Below, piece by piece: positions 31,303-40,830 of a stretch of 64,000 nucleotides of DNA. The DNA is from a virus. The notes beneath the pieces are model-generated. The model searched no databases, was not told where the DNA came from, and was given only the letters and a program-made list of their open reading frames with translations. A program made the translations under genes and the position numbers. Position 1 is the first letter of the stretch, and every line of letters begins with the position of its first letter. The stretch is from the IMG/VR virus record IMGVR_UViG_3300045988_010345; one strand, 5' to 3'.

Positions 31303-32210
31303 GAAGATTTAGAGACATTGTAGAAGATATTAAAGCACCAAGTCCTCAAAGTCTATGGCTTAATAAAGGAAAACTGAAGTTCTTTGGAACTAAGGGATGG
31401 ACCTCAATGGTAGGTGAAGAGAATGGGGATAGACAAGAGCTTGAGGAAAAGGTAGATAATCTTGATAAAGAAGTAGGTGATATACAGAAAGATGTAGCAG
31501 TACTTAATAGTAAAGCTGTAATAGAGCTTGAAATAGGTAATAGTGAAAGTGTTAAGGCTAATAACTTGACTAAACTACAAGCTATACAATCAGTAGACCA
31601 TTTATTCTTTGCTGATATTGATTATGGTTATGGTGCAGCTAAATGGTTGCCTACTACAGGAGGTGAAGCTTTTATAGTTACAAGTAGTGGTAGAGCTGTT
31701 ATTTATAATATAGGTAAGGATGGTTCAGTTGCTAAAGCTAGTACTGACATAGACCTTACTAATCCTAACACAGATTTATTTGAAGTAGTTACTGAATTAC
31801 CTACTGAGAATATTTCTACATCAAAGCTTTATTGTGTACTTTCTTCAAAAGTAGGAGAGGAAAATAAGTACACAGAATATGCCTATATTAAACAAACAAA
31901 TGGTCAATTTGCTTGGGAAAAGATGGGTGAGTTTAATGCAGCTCCTGATTTAAGTGGTTATGCTAAACTTAGTGGTGCTTCTTTTTCAGGCTTTACTACT
32001 TTTGGTGGAGGCTTAGGAACTCAATATTTATCTAAGTACAATGGAGGTTATTTGTTATCTGGTTCACCTACCGATAGAAGTGATTCACGTGTATATGCAA
32101 GCTCAGGAAGGCTTACAGACGTAGGTACTGAAGAATCCTTTGTATTTACTTTAGAAGATGGTTCTAAGGTAACTAAATCAATAAGAGTAGTAAGTACAAC
32201 TAATAGTTAA
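31299..32210 (+). CDS. putative fibre/structural protein
   Basis: 303 aa; short coiled coil followed by a Gly/Ser/Thr-rich beta-type sequence; ATGA overlap with the portal gene. Confidence 0.45.
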   Translation: MRRFRDIVEDIKAPSPQSLWLNKGKLKFFGTKGWTSMVGEENGDRQELEEKVDNLDKEVGDIQKDVAVLNSKAVIELEIGNSESVKANNLTKLQAIQSVDHLFFADIDYGYGAAKWLPTTGGEAFIVTSSGRAVIYNIGKDGSVAKASTDIDLTNPNTDLFEVVTELPTENISTSKLYCVLSSKVGEENKYTEYAYIKQTNGQFAWEKMGEFNAAPDLSGYAKLSGASFSGFTTFGGGLGTQYLSKYNGGYLLSGSPTDRSDSRVYASSGRLTDVGTEESFVFTLEDGSKVTKSIRVVSTTNS

Positions 32211-32214
32211 TAGT

Positions 32215-34284
32215 ATGGATTTTAGTAAAGTTACAGCTATAGAAATACCAGAAGGCAAAGTAGCTAAAATAGAGGATAATGAAGGTAGAGTTCTATGGAA
32301 TGCTTTACCAGACCCTAATAAATATGCCTATGGTATTAGATGGGACCACACAGTTCCTGGTAGTCAAGCTACTACAGCTTGTGAAAGAATAGGTAATCTT
32401 GAGCTACATAAAACATTACCTATACAATCTAAGTTTGCTACCTGTATACATCAAGGTACTGATATTAAATATTGGTGTGACCCTAATGATAGTAGATTTA
32501 GAAAAGATAATACTGGGTATAGAATTGTAAGTGAAAGAATATATTTGAAGAGTCCTAGTGCTGAAAAGAATATAGTACCTTCTGACTATAGTCCAAGCTC
32601 TGCATATAATTATATTTTGGCGTTTGAACCTAATGTTTTAGCTAGGTATAGTGAAGCAATATTAATGGTAACTACTTATAAGTATTTATATGCTTGGATT
32701 AAGATAAATGATAGTGTAATAGCTAGAGTTATTAAAGTAGATACAGTTAATAAGGAAGTTTATATTACTACAGATGGTCCTATAACAGGTGAAACTATAA
32801 CACCAACACTTGAATTTGGTTGTTCTATTAATGGTTATGATGGAGAAATAAGTGTATATACTCCTAAGTTCTATATATGGTCTGTAGATAATGATGGTGC
32901 TGGTAATGAAGTATGGCAATCAGAAAAGAAGTGTGTTAGCTATGCAAGAAAGGTTAAGCCACACCTTATTGGTATAAGTAGATGTCCTTTGTTAAGAACA
33001 CCTATGAATGATGACAAATGGGGATGGCTAAATACTTTATCTGCTAATACAGCAGTCAGTGTTGTTAATTATCAACCTAATCTCAGAGGTGGCAAAAATA
33101 CAACAGCTTACGACCAATATCTAGGTGATAACAACTTTAGAACCATGTTAGGTAAAGCTGCTTTAAATATAACACCCAGTAGAATGAGAACTTATACTCA
33201 GAAAATAAAAGGTAGTCAGATATTATATTATCAGATATGGAATGCTATTGTGTGGTGTTATTTCATAGAATATGCTGACTTTGATGTAAGGAAAGCTTTT
33301 AATAGTAACCTGACCGATGAAGGGTATCATCAAGGTGGTTTAGGTGAAGGTTTAATTTTTGTAGATGAGGCTAGAAAGTATAATGAATTCACATCATGTG
33401 TTCCTGTAGATTACACATTGTTATTTGGTAATAATACTAAAATAATACAGAAGCCTAGTCATTCTTTCTACATAAAAACAAAAGATAATACTTCTTGGGA
33501 AGATTGGCATATTACAGATAGAATTACCTCAACTATTGATAGTAATAACAAAAAAATATTAAATATTACAGCTATCTCCAAGATACTAGATGATATGTTA
33601 TATGCTGTTCAAAACAATGTTGGAGGTACACATAGATATAAGATAGAAGGTCTTACTGGAGGTCAAACTGTTATATTTAAAAGACAGCAAGGTGATTTGA
33701 CTATTACAACAGATGGGGAATATGATGTTAATTGGGGCAGTGATTATAATGAAAGAGCCATCAAATTTAGATTAGTACAAACAAGTTGTAATATAAAAAT
33801 TACAATTTTAAGTTCCCCAGCATTTACATATACATTTACACAAAGACAATTAAATATACCTTGTTATAGAGGATTTAATACATTCTGGTATGGAGATATT
33901 TGGTTGAGTATTGACAACTTTATATCAAAGTGTGATTTTGCAACTAAGAAGAGAAATTTCTATTTTACAGATAATCCTGATAACTTTAGCAATGATATAA
34001 GTAATAAAGAGCGTATAATCAGTATTGATGTTCTAAATTTGAATTGGTCTAAAGACATAGCAGTTGGTAAAACTGCTGATTTGATAACTAATAAAGTATC
34101 TAGTAATCCTAATTATATGAACTCATATAGGCACGACTATATGTCACAGGATATAAGCATTCCTCTTGTCGGAGGAAAGTATCAAGAAACAGGAGATTCA
34201 TATTGTGGTTTGTCTTCTTTAGATTTCACATATTCCAATAATGCTGGAATATATAGTTATGTTAAATGTTATATTTTAAATTAA
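32215..34284 (+). CDS. putative tail fibre/receptor-binding protein
   Basis: 689 aa with Asn/Tyr/Thr-rich composition typical of fibre-like proteins. No motif recognised. Confidence 0.4.
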   Translation: MDFSKVTAIEIPEGKVAKIEDNEGRVLWNALPDPNKYAYGIRWDHTVPGSQATTACERIGNLELHKTLPIQSKFATCIHQGTDIKYWCDPNDSRFRKDNTGYRIVSERIYLKSPSAEKNIVPSDYSPSSAYNYILAFEPNVLARYSEAILMVTTYKYLYAWIKINDSVIARVIKVDTVNKEVYITTDGPITGETITPTLEFGCSINGYDGEISVYTPKFYIWSVDNDGAGNEVWQSEKKCVSYARKVKPHLIGISRCPLLRTPMNDDKWGWLNTLSANTAVSVVNYQPNLRGGKNTTAYDQYLGDNNFRTMLGKAALNITPSRMRTYTQKIKGSQILYYQIWNAIVWCYFIEYADFDVRKAFNSNLTDEGYHQGGLGEGLIFVDEARKYNEFTSCVPVDYTLLFGNNTKIIQKPSHSFYIKTKDNTSWEDWHITDRITSTIDSNNKKILNITAISKILDDMLYAVQNNVGGTHRYKIEGLTGGQTVIFKRQQGDLTITTDGEYDVNWGSDYNERAIKFRLVQTSCNIKITILSSPAFTYTFTQRQLNIPCYRGFNTFWYGDIWLSIDNFISKCDFATKKRNFYFTDNPDNFSNDISNKERIISIDVLNLNWSKDIAVGKTADLITNKVSSNPNYMNSYRHDYMSQDISIPLVGGKYQETGDSYCGLSSLDFTYSNNAGIYSYVKCYILN

Positions 34285-34351
34285 GTAAATTCTAAAAGAA
34301 AAAGATATTAAGTTATACATCCGTATGAAATATTGTCAACAGTGGGGCTAA

Positions 34352-34990
34352 ATGGATAATATTTATTATAACAGAATGATAAGATATGTAAAAGTTGGAA
34401 TAGCCATTATAATAGGAATACTTTTTGCAGGTATATGTGTATTATACAATAAGAATCAGAGCCTAATGGGAGAGTTGTCTGTACTGATGTCTAATCAAAA
34501 AGCATTTATAGCAGAGAACTCTTCATTAAAGAATGAGAATAGAGTATTCAAGTTTACTGTAGAGCAGCTTAACTACTACAATGACTCTATCTTGCAGAAG
34601 ATGAATGATGTTAGAAAAGAGTTAAGTATAAAGGATAAAGATTTGAAACAGATGCAGTATCTTTTATCTGAGGCTACAAAGAAAGATACAATAGTATTTA
34701 GGGATACTCTGTTCAGAGAACCTACATTAAATATAGATACACTTGTAGGAGACAAGTGGTATCAAATGAAGCTTGGGCTTAAATATCCAAGTACAATCAT
34801 TACAGACCCTAAGTTTGTCAGTGAGAAGTACATAGTGATGTATTATAAGAAAGAGACTATAAATCCCCCAAAGAAATGTTGGTTACTCAGACTATTTCAG
34901 AAGAAGCATAAAGTAGTAGAAGTGAATGTTGTGGAGAAGAACCCTTATATTGAGAACAAACAACAAAGATTCATTGAAATTGTAGAATAA
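34352..34990 (+). CDS. N-terminally anchored coiled-coil membrane protein (spanin-like candidate)
   Basis: 212 aa; TM segment VKVGIAIIIGILFAGICVLY followed by a coiled-coil region. Confidence 0.45.
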   Translation: MDNIYYNRMIRYVKVGIAIIIGILFAGICVLYNKNQSLMGELSVLMSNQKAFIAENSSLKNENRVFKFTVEQLNYYNDSILQKMNDVRKELSIKDKDLKQMQYLLSEATKKDTIVFRDTLFREPTLNIDTLVGDKWYQMKLGLKYPSTIITDPKFVSEKYIVMYYKKETINPPKKCWLLRLFQKKHKVVEVNVVEKNPYIENKQQRFIEIVE

Positions 34991-34991
34991 T

Positions 34992-35369
34992 ATGATTGAC
35001 TTAGGAATATTAATCACTGGAGGTATAGGGCTTGTTACCACAATAGTCAGTGGTTGGACATCATGGTTCTTTGCAAGAAAGAAGTATGATAGTGAAGTTG
35101 ATAGTAACCTCATAAATAACATGAAAGAATCATTGGATTTTTATGAGAAGCTCTCTACTGATAATAGAGAGAGGTTGGAAGAGGTACTAAAAAGGAATGC
35201 AGAATTAGAGCAGGAAGTGGGGGAACTTAGGAAACAGATGTTTAACCTTATGAGTTCCATATGTACTGACCTTACCTGCCAGTTAAGGAAAAGAAACTTA
35301 AATCTTTTTAATGAGCATGGAATTAGTAGTGGACAGAAAATGGAAGAAACAGAGCTACACCATAAGTAA
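34992..35369 (+). CDS. N-terminal TM plus coiled-coil protein (holin/spanin-like candidate)
   Basis: 125 aa; TM segment GILITGGIGLVTTIVSGWTSWFF followed by a charged coiled coil. Confidence 0.45.
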   Translation: MIDLGILITGGIGLVTTIVSGWTSWFFARKKYDSEVDSNLINNMKESLDFYEKLSTDNRERLEEVLKRNAELEQEVGELRKQMFNLMSSICTDLTCQLRKRNLNLFNEHGISSGQKMEETELHHK

Positions 35370-35781
35370 TCTTACTATTGATGGGAAGTGGTTCTGTAAT
35401 GTGCTTGAGGACAAAGATAGAAATCTTGACAGCTCTATGAGTGTAGCTAAGATTAGGGAGTTGAAGAAACCTTCAATTACAGCTATACCAAAAGGTACTT
35501 ATGAGATTACCTTGGATGTGATTTCTCCTAAGTATTGTACTAATAGTTTCTATAAACAAGTGTGTAATGGTAAAGTACCAAGACTACTTAATGTAAAGGG
35601 ATTTGAAGGTGTACTTATTCATGCTGGCAATACTGACAAAGATTCAGCAGGATGCCTATTAGTAGGTGTCAATAAAGTTAAGGGTCAGGTGATAAACAGC
35701 AGAGAGACATTCAAAGAGCTATACAGACTCCTTAGAGACAAGCATGATAAAGGTGAAAAAATAACAATTAAAATTTTATAA
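35311..35781 (+). CDS. putative cell-wall-active enzyme (His...SxGC motif, YkuD-like active-site pattern)
   Basis: 156 aa. GVLIHAGNTDKDSAGCLLVG resembles the H-x(n)-S-x-G-C catalytic motif of L,D-transpeptidase-fold enzymes. Flanked by membrane proteins. Confidence 0.35.
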   Translation: MSMELVVDRKWKKQSYTISNLTIDGKWFCNVLEDKDRNLDSSMSVAKIRELKKPSITAIPKGTYEITLDVISPKYCTNSFYKQVCNGKVPRLLNVKGFEGVLIHAGNTDKDSAGCLLVGVNKVKGQVINSRETFKELYRLLRDKHDKGEKITIKIL

Positions 35782-35783
35782 TC

Positions 35784-35882
35784 ATGGCAAGAAGAACAGG
35801 TAGAGCAAAGCCTATGACAGCTAAAGCTGGTGTCACTAAGACTAAGAGAAGATATGCTTGTGGTGGCAAAATGAAAAAGTAA
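35784..35882 (+). CDS. possible 32-aa very basic peptide
   Basis: MARRTGRAKPMTAKAGVTKTKRRYACGGKMKK. It starts 3 nt after the previous stop, and its stop overlaps the next ATG (TAATG). Confidence 0.35.
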   Translation: MARRTGRAKPMTAKAGVTKTKRRYACGGKMKK

Positions 35883-36268
35883 TGAATAAATTATTGTACA
35901 AGATAGAGTTATATTTAGTAAAAGTAATACCTATGATTTACGCATTACTTAGTTTACTAAATACAACTCTATCTTATTTTGATATTAACACAGTAATACT
36001 AAGTTATATTGGTAGTGTATCTTTTATAACATTACTATTCTTGTATATTACATCTTATGTATTTAAGTTTTGTGAATATCACAGGATGTTTATACATTAT
36101 ACTACTATAACTTGGATACTAAATATAATAGATTTGTATATAGGAATACCTGTTAGTGATATTTGGTATTTAGGCATTCAATTAATAATAGCAGGCATTT
36201 CATTATTCATAATACTCTATTTATGTGTTAAAAGTTATAAGAAGCCTACTGTTAAAGATAGTAGATGA
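35882..36268 (+). CDS. polytopic membrane protein (holin candidate)
   Basis: The first ATG at 35882 gives 128 aa with about 4 TM segments. The track start at 35858 is a TTG. Confidence 0.5.
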   Translation: MNKLLYKIELYLVKVIPMIYALLSLLNTTLSYFDINTVILSYIGSVSFITLLFLYITSYVFKFCEYHRMFIHYTTITWILNIIDLYIGIPVSDIWYLGIQLIIAGISLFIILYLCVKSYKKPTVKDSR

Positions 36269-36536
36269 TATTGATGCAGGTAATTCAAATATATCTGAGG
36301 GAGAAGCTATAAAAATAGTAGATAGTTTGAAGAGGTTCACTGATAAGGAGAAGAGATTAAGCAAGTATGCAGCCTGTGAATATTTGAATGTCAGTAGAGC
36401 AACTTTTGATAACTATATCAGAGAAGGAAAGTTACCAAGAGGTAAGCATGAAATAGGTTTCAAAGAATTAAGTTGGTCTGAGAAAGAGCTAGATGAGTTT
36501 GTCAAGAAGTGCAGCAAGAAGCACTCTCTTGCTTAG
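36225..36536 (+). CDS. excisionase/MerR-family helix-turn-helix DNA-binding protein
   Basis: LSKYAACEYLNVSRATFDNYIREGKLPRGK...WSEKELDEFV matches the HTH_17/AlpA-type pattern. Only a GTG start is available. Confidence 0.55.
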   Translation: MLKVIRSLLLKIVDDIDAGNSNISEGEAIKIVDSLKRFTDKEKRLSKYAACEYLNVSRATFDNYIREGKLPRGKHEIGFKELSWSEKELDEFVKKCSKKHSLA

Positions 36537-36584
36537 TAATATGCCTATTGAGAACTTATAATATAATACTTAGGAGGAGAAAAT

Positions 36585-36926
36585 ATGATAACTCAAAAGA
36601 AAATAATAATCCCTATATTCAACTATAAGCTAACAATAGTTATATTTGATAAGTGGAAGGAATTGGACAAGTTTTTGCCTGCTGATGAAATGGAAACAGA
36701 GGCAAATGCAATCACTATACATAATTATGGTGCATCTCTTGTAGCTGTAAATGCTGAAAGAGGAAGTAGTATTGCTCATGAGTCAGAGCATGTCAAGAAT
36801 GCTATATGGAGATTTATAGGATATGAACCACAGAGAGATAATGATGAAGTTGATGCCTATCTCCTTACTTACATATACAATAAGATAACAGATGTTTTCT
36901 ATAAACATGATAAAGCAGCTAAATAA
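36585..36926 (+). CDS. small HExxH protein (putative minimal metallopeptidase)
   Basis: 113 aa with IAHESEHV. Confidence 0.45.
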   Translation: MITQKKIIIPIFNYKLTIVIFDKWKELDKFLPADEMETEANAITIHNYGASLVAVNAERGSSIAHESEHVKNAIWRFIGYEPQRDNDEVDAYLLTYIYNKITDVFYKHDKAAK

Positions 36927-36941
36927 GGCTGCTTTTTTTTG
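36914..36941 (+). terminator. intrinsic terminator
   Basis: AGCAGC-loop-GCTGCT followed by T8. A second 16-bp hairpin lies at 36968-37002. Confidence 0.65.
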
Positions 36942-37005
36942 TTCTTTTAGCAACATATTACTAAGTTAAAGCCCTGTATATCAATGTGATATATGGGGCT
37001 TTAGC

Positions 37006-37041
37006 ATTGATAGGCATCCTGAGAAATATTACTTACCTTTG
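37006..37041 (+). promoter_or_regulatory. Bacteroidota-type promoter (-7 box strong, -33 weak)
   Basis: TACCTTTG at 37034-37041. The nearest TTG is 24 nt upstream rather than 20. Confidence 0.5.
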
Positions 37042-37098
37042 CTCCTGTAAGCTTACAAAAGAGAGATAAAACAATAACTAATTTCAAAAATTGCTACT

Positions 37099-37881
37099 AT
37101 GGAAATAATTGAGAAGCAAGTAGAAAAGGTAAAGGAAGTTCCTACTGATGGCTACTATGGTTATGGTAGAAGAGATGTCAATGGTAAGGCTAATGCAGGT
37201 CTTACTCTTGGTATCATAGGTACTGCACTTGGTGCTTGGGCACTATTTGGTAATAGAAGAAGTAGTGGTCTATTGGGTCTTGCTGGTTCAGGTATGGGTG
37301 GCTCAAACATCAATATCAATGGTCTTGAGACTGGTCTTGGAACAGCTAATGGTGTAACTTCTCCTTCTGCTTTCCAAGCATGGGAAAAGAGCTGTGAGGA
37401 CACTCTTGCTCTGCAAAAGGGTCTTTATGACTGGGCACTTATTCAACAATCACAAAGATTTGCTGATAGACAGACATTGAATAGTGAGCTATTTAGTGTA
37501 TGGAAGGGTCAGGTTGATGCTGACTTTGGTCTATATAAGAGCACAAGAGACAGCTTTGATGTAATAACTGCAAAGCAAAACCAAGATGCTTTCAATCTGT
37601 ATAAGTCTCAAAGAGATGCTGATGATGGTATCAGAAAGGAACTGAGTGACTTGAAGGCTCAGGTAGCTATCAATGCTGCTGTAAGACCTTACCAAGATAA
37701 GCTTATCCAATGTGAGATTGACAAGGCATTTACTGCTGGTATTAACTATACTGACAGAAAGACTTGCAAGGCTATCTATGGTGAAGTATGCCTACCTAAC
37801 ACTCCTACAGTCACAGGCTATGTTGGTGCTAACCAATGTGGTTGTCCAAGAGTAGTTAGTGGTACTACTGCAACTGTCTAA
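37099..37881 (+). CDS. hypothetical protein with Gly-rich TM segment, monocistronic unit
   Basis: 260 aa with GLTLGIIGTALGAWALFG; has its own promoter and terminator. Confidence 0.6.
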   Translation: MEIIEKQVEKVKEVPTDGYYGYGRRDVNGKANAGLTLGIIGTALGAWALFGNRRSSGLLGLAGSGMGGSNININGLETGLGTANGVTSPSAFQAWEKSCEDTLALQKGLYDWALIQQSQRFADRQTLNSELFSVWKGQVDADFGLYKSTRDSFDVITAKQNQDAFNLYKSQRDADDGIRKELSDLKAQVAINAAVRPYQDKLIQCEIDKAFTAGINYTDRKTCKAIYGEVCLPNTPTVTGYVGANQCGCPRVVSGTTATV

Positions 37882-37910
37882 AGTAAGGGGGGTAATTCCC
37901 CTTACTTTTC
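37881..37910 (+). terminator. intrinsic terminator
   Basis: AAGTAAGGGG / CCCCTTACTT 10-bp stem followed by TTC. Confidence 0.6.
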
Positions 37911-37936
37911 AATACTAATCTTAAAAATGTATAGAT

Positions 37937-38440
37937 ATGATTCCAATAAATCAGGTGATATTAGGAGGAGGGGACCCACTATTGGGTAATAGTATGGTAG
38001 GTAATAGTCTGGATGAGCAATTACAGCTTATTGAGAAGTATAAACAAAACCTTGAGGCTGCAAAGCAGCTAAGGCAACAAGCCCAACCTGTTCAACAACC
38101 TGTACCACAAAGGATGATATGGGATGAGATAGATGCTGAAATAAACCCTATGACAGATGAACAGAAGACAAGGATGCTTCAAGATGAGGACTATGTAGAT
38201 ACTTATACTAAGATACAGGATATGGTTCAAGCAGAAATTCTTAACCTTGTTAAAGGTAGAATTGAGGCTACTCCAGAAGGTAAAGAACTGTTGCAAAGAC
38301 AATTGAAGATAGTCAAGAAGTTAAAAGGAAAAATTATTCAAGAGACTAATAGGGAAATGGAAATGTTTAGGAAGTTCAGGGAGTTTAGTAAGACACATCC
38401 TGAAGTGACTTATGAAGAATTTATTAAAGCAAGTATGTAA
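37937..38440 (+). CDS. hypothetical protein (Gln-rich, coiled coil)
   Basis: 167-aa ORF. Confidence 0.6.
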   Translation: MIPINQVILGGGDPLLGNSMVGNSLDEQLQLIEKYKQNLEAAKQLRQQAQPVQQPVPQRMIWDEIDAEINPMTDEQKTRMLQDEDYVDTYTKIQDMVQAEILNLVKGRIEATPEGKELLQRQLKIVKKLKGKIIQETNREMEMFRKFREFSKTHPEVTYEEFIKASM

Positions 38441-38442
38441 TT

Positions 38443-38823
38443 ATGGTGACTATTATGCAATTGACTGATAATCTGAAGTCTTACATCTCACTTCAGTTGG
38501 AATCTATGGCTAAGACTAATCCTATGATTGGTTTTATGAAACCTCTTATTACAAGAGCACTGGATAAGAACTTCAGTAAGGTAAGTAAGGCTTTAGACCT
38601 TATAGCTGACAAGGATGGTAATATAGACATTGAGAATATCCTTGCTGAAATGATGGAGAATCTGATGACTACCAATCCATTCACCTTCAAGACTTCATTT
38701 GTTGGAGACATAGAGATTGGTGGAGGAGAGATTAAATTCAATCTTCCATTAACTAATAAAAGGTTGGTATTGAATATGACAGATTTAGAGACTTTCAAGG
38801 AAATGTTAATCACTAAAGACTAA
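38443..38823 (+). CDS. hypothetical protein
   Basis: 126-aa ORF. Confidence 0.6.
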   Translation: MVTIMQLTDNLKSYISLQLESMAKTNPMIGFMKPLITRALDKNFSKVSKALDLIADKDGNIDIENILAEMMENLMTTNPFTFKTSFVGDIEIGGGEIKFNLPLTNKRLVLNMTDLETFKEMLITKD

Positions 38824-38827
38824 GAAT

Positions 38828-39469
38828 ATGGATGAACTTATGATGTATGAGTACCTAAAAAAGAGAGGTATGGGTGGTATGAATGAGCATGAGTTCATGG
38901 ATAAATTCAAGGATTTTATGAGTAAATATAGGAGAAGTTCAATGAGGCATGACAGAGAAGGAGACTTTATGCCTATGGATGACTTCTACATGAGAAGACA
39001 TAATAGACCTGATGAGTTCATGGATATGTTTGATTCAAGAGGTGATAGATTCTCTGATAGATTCAATGAGTCTGGCATGAGAAGTGGTGATATGGATAGG
39101 ATGATGAGATACATGAGGAACTCAATGGGGGGTTCAGAGAGTAAACACTTTACTGAATCTGAAGCTAAGTATCTTGTAGCTGATATGTATCATACTGAGA
39201 ATGGCAGAAAGTACAGTGGTGAGAAGTTTGATATGCACAAGGCAAAGGAGATTTGTGAGAGATATAGGGGAATACTCCCTACATCTGCTACAGTTGCTGA
39301 TGTATATGTTGCAATCAACTCTCAGTACCATGACTATGCAGAACTGTTTAAGAACTGGTTTGGTGATGGTATAGAACAGAAAATAGTTGAATCTGCTATT
39401 GTATTCTGGTTTAAAGATTCAGACTGCAAAGCTGAAAACAAGGTAGTAGAATATCTTGGAGAATACTAA
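38828..39469 (+). CDS. protein with Met/Asp/Arg/Phe-rich N-terminal half
   Basis: 213 aa; roughly one residue in five of the first 100 or so is Met (by eye). Confidence 0.6.
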   Translation: MDELMMYEYLKKRGMGGMNEHEFMDKFKDFMSKYRRSSMRHDREGDFMPMDDFYMRRHNRPDEFMDMFDSRGDRFSDRFNESGMRSGDMDRMMRYMRNSMGGSESKHFTESEAKYLVADMYHTENGRKYSGEKFDMHKAKEICERYRGILPTSATVADVYVAINSQYHDYAELFKNWFGDGIEQKIVESAIVFWFKDSDCKAENKVVEYLGEY

Positions 39470-39475
39470 TAAGAT

Positions 39476-39507
39476 AAGGGTAAGAGATAATCTTACCCTT
39501 TCTTTTT
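39476..39507 (+). terminator. intrinsic terminator
   Basis: AAGGGTAAGA-GATAA-TCTTACCCTT followed by TCTTTTT. Confidence 0.75.
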
Positions 39508-39559
39508 GCCTATATTGCAAGTATTTTACTTATACAAGTAGAAGCAATTTATTTACTAT

Positions 39560-39591
39560 GTTGTAGATATGCAAAACTTTATTTACCTTTG
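39560..39591 (+). promoter_or_regulatory. Bacteroidota-type promoter of the capsid operon
   Basis: GTTG at 39560-39563, 20-nt spacer, TACCTTTG at 39584-39591. Confidence 0.65.
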
Positions 39592-39621
39592 CACTGTTTA
39601 AGAACAAAAAGGTAGAAGAGT

Positions 39622-40788
39622 ATGGAAGAAGAACTTAGCTTAGATAACATCTTAGGAGCAGAGGAGATTGAGAATCTGTTTGTAGAAGATGGTGAGACAC
39701 AGGATACCCCACCTGCAAATGGGGAACCTCCTAAGAAAGAGGAGGAGCCAAGTAAGGATAAAGAAGAAACTACTGAGGTTGTTGATGTAGATAACTTATT
39801 TACTGATACACCAGAGAGCGTAGGTAGTGGAAAAGAAAATACAGAGGAAAAGGAAGATACCACTCCTAAAGGGGATGGCACTTCTCCCAAAAACTTCTAC
39901 TCTTCCATTGCCAAAGCCTTGAAAGAGGAAGGTATCTTCCCAGACCTTGATGATGAGGGCTTATCTAAGGTTAAAGACCCTGAAGACTTTAGAGATTTGA
40001 TTGACCAACAGATAAAGGCAGGTCTTGATGAAAGACAGAAAAGAATTAATGAAGCCTTGAATGCTGGAGTCGAACCTACAGAGATTAGAAAGTATGAAAA
40101 TACTATAAGCTTCCTTGATTCTATTAAGGAAGAGAATATTTCTGATGAAGGTGATAAGGGAGAAAAACTTAGAAAAGACCTGATTTATCAAGACTTTATC
40201 AATAGAGGTTATAGTAAGGAGAGGGCTGCAAGAGAAGTGCAGAAGTCTTTCAATGCTGGCACTGATATTGATGATGCAAGAGAGGCTTTGAAAAGTAATA
40301 TTGACTACTTCAGAGATAAGTATGATGAGCTTGTCAATGATGTTAAGTCAGAAGCAGAACAGGAAGAGAAGGAAAGAAAGGAACAGGCTGAAAAACTTAA
40401 ATCATCAATCCTTAATGACAAGGATGTATTTGGAGATTTATCAGTAGATAAATCAACAAGACAGAAGATTTATGATAATATAGCCAAGCCTGTGTATAAA
40501 GACCCAGAGACAGGAGAGTACTTTACTGCTATCCAAAAGTATGAGATGGAGAACAGGACAGACTTCCTAAAGAACATTGGGTTACTTTTCACACTAACTG
40601 ACGGCTTTAAGAACCTTGATGGTTTGGTGAAAGGTAAAGTAAAGAAAGAAGTAAAGAAAGGTCTTAGAGAGCTGGAACATACTCTCAACAACACAGCAAG
40701 AACCTCAGATGGTAATCTAAAGTTTGTCAGTGGAGTTGATGAGGACCCTGAATCCTTTATTGGTAAAGGGTGGAACCTTGATGTCTAA
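39622..40788 (+). CDS. acidic/lysine-rich protein upstream of MCP (scaffold candidate)
   Basis: 388 aa with a highly charged, low-complexity N-terminus; lies immediately 5' of the capsid gene. Confidence 0.45.
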   Translation: MEEELSLDNILGAEEIENLFVEDGETQDTPPANGEPPKKEEEPSKDKEETTEVVDVDNLFTDTPESVGSGKENTEEKEDTTPKGDGTSPKNFYSSIAKALKEEGIFPDLDDEGLSKVKDPEDFRDLIDQQIKAGLDERQKRINEALNAGVEPTEIRKYENTISFLDSIKEENISDEGDKGEKLRKDLIYQDFINRGYSKERAAREVQKSFNAGTDIDDAREALKSNIDYFRDKYDELVNDVKSEAEQEEKERKEQAEKLKSSILNDKDVFGDLSVDKSTRQKIYDNIAKPVYKDPETGEYFTAIQKYEMENRTDFLKNIGLLFTLTDGFKNLDGLVKGKVKKEVKKGLRELEHTLNNTARTSDGNLKFVSGVDEDPESFIGKGWNLDV

Positions 40789-40830
40789 GCCCATAATATA
40801 GAGTAAAATAACTGATAAATTTAAGTAAAA

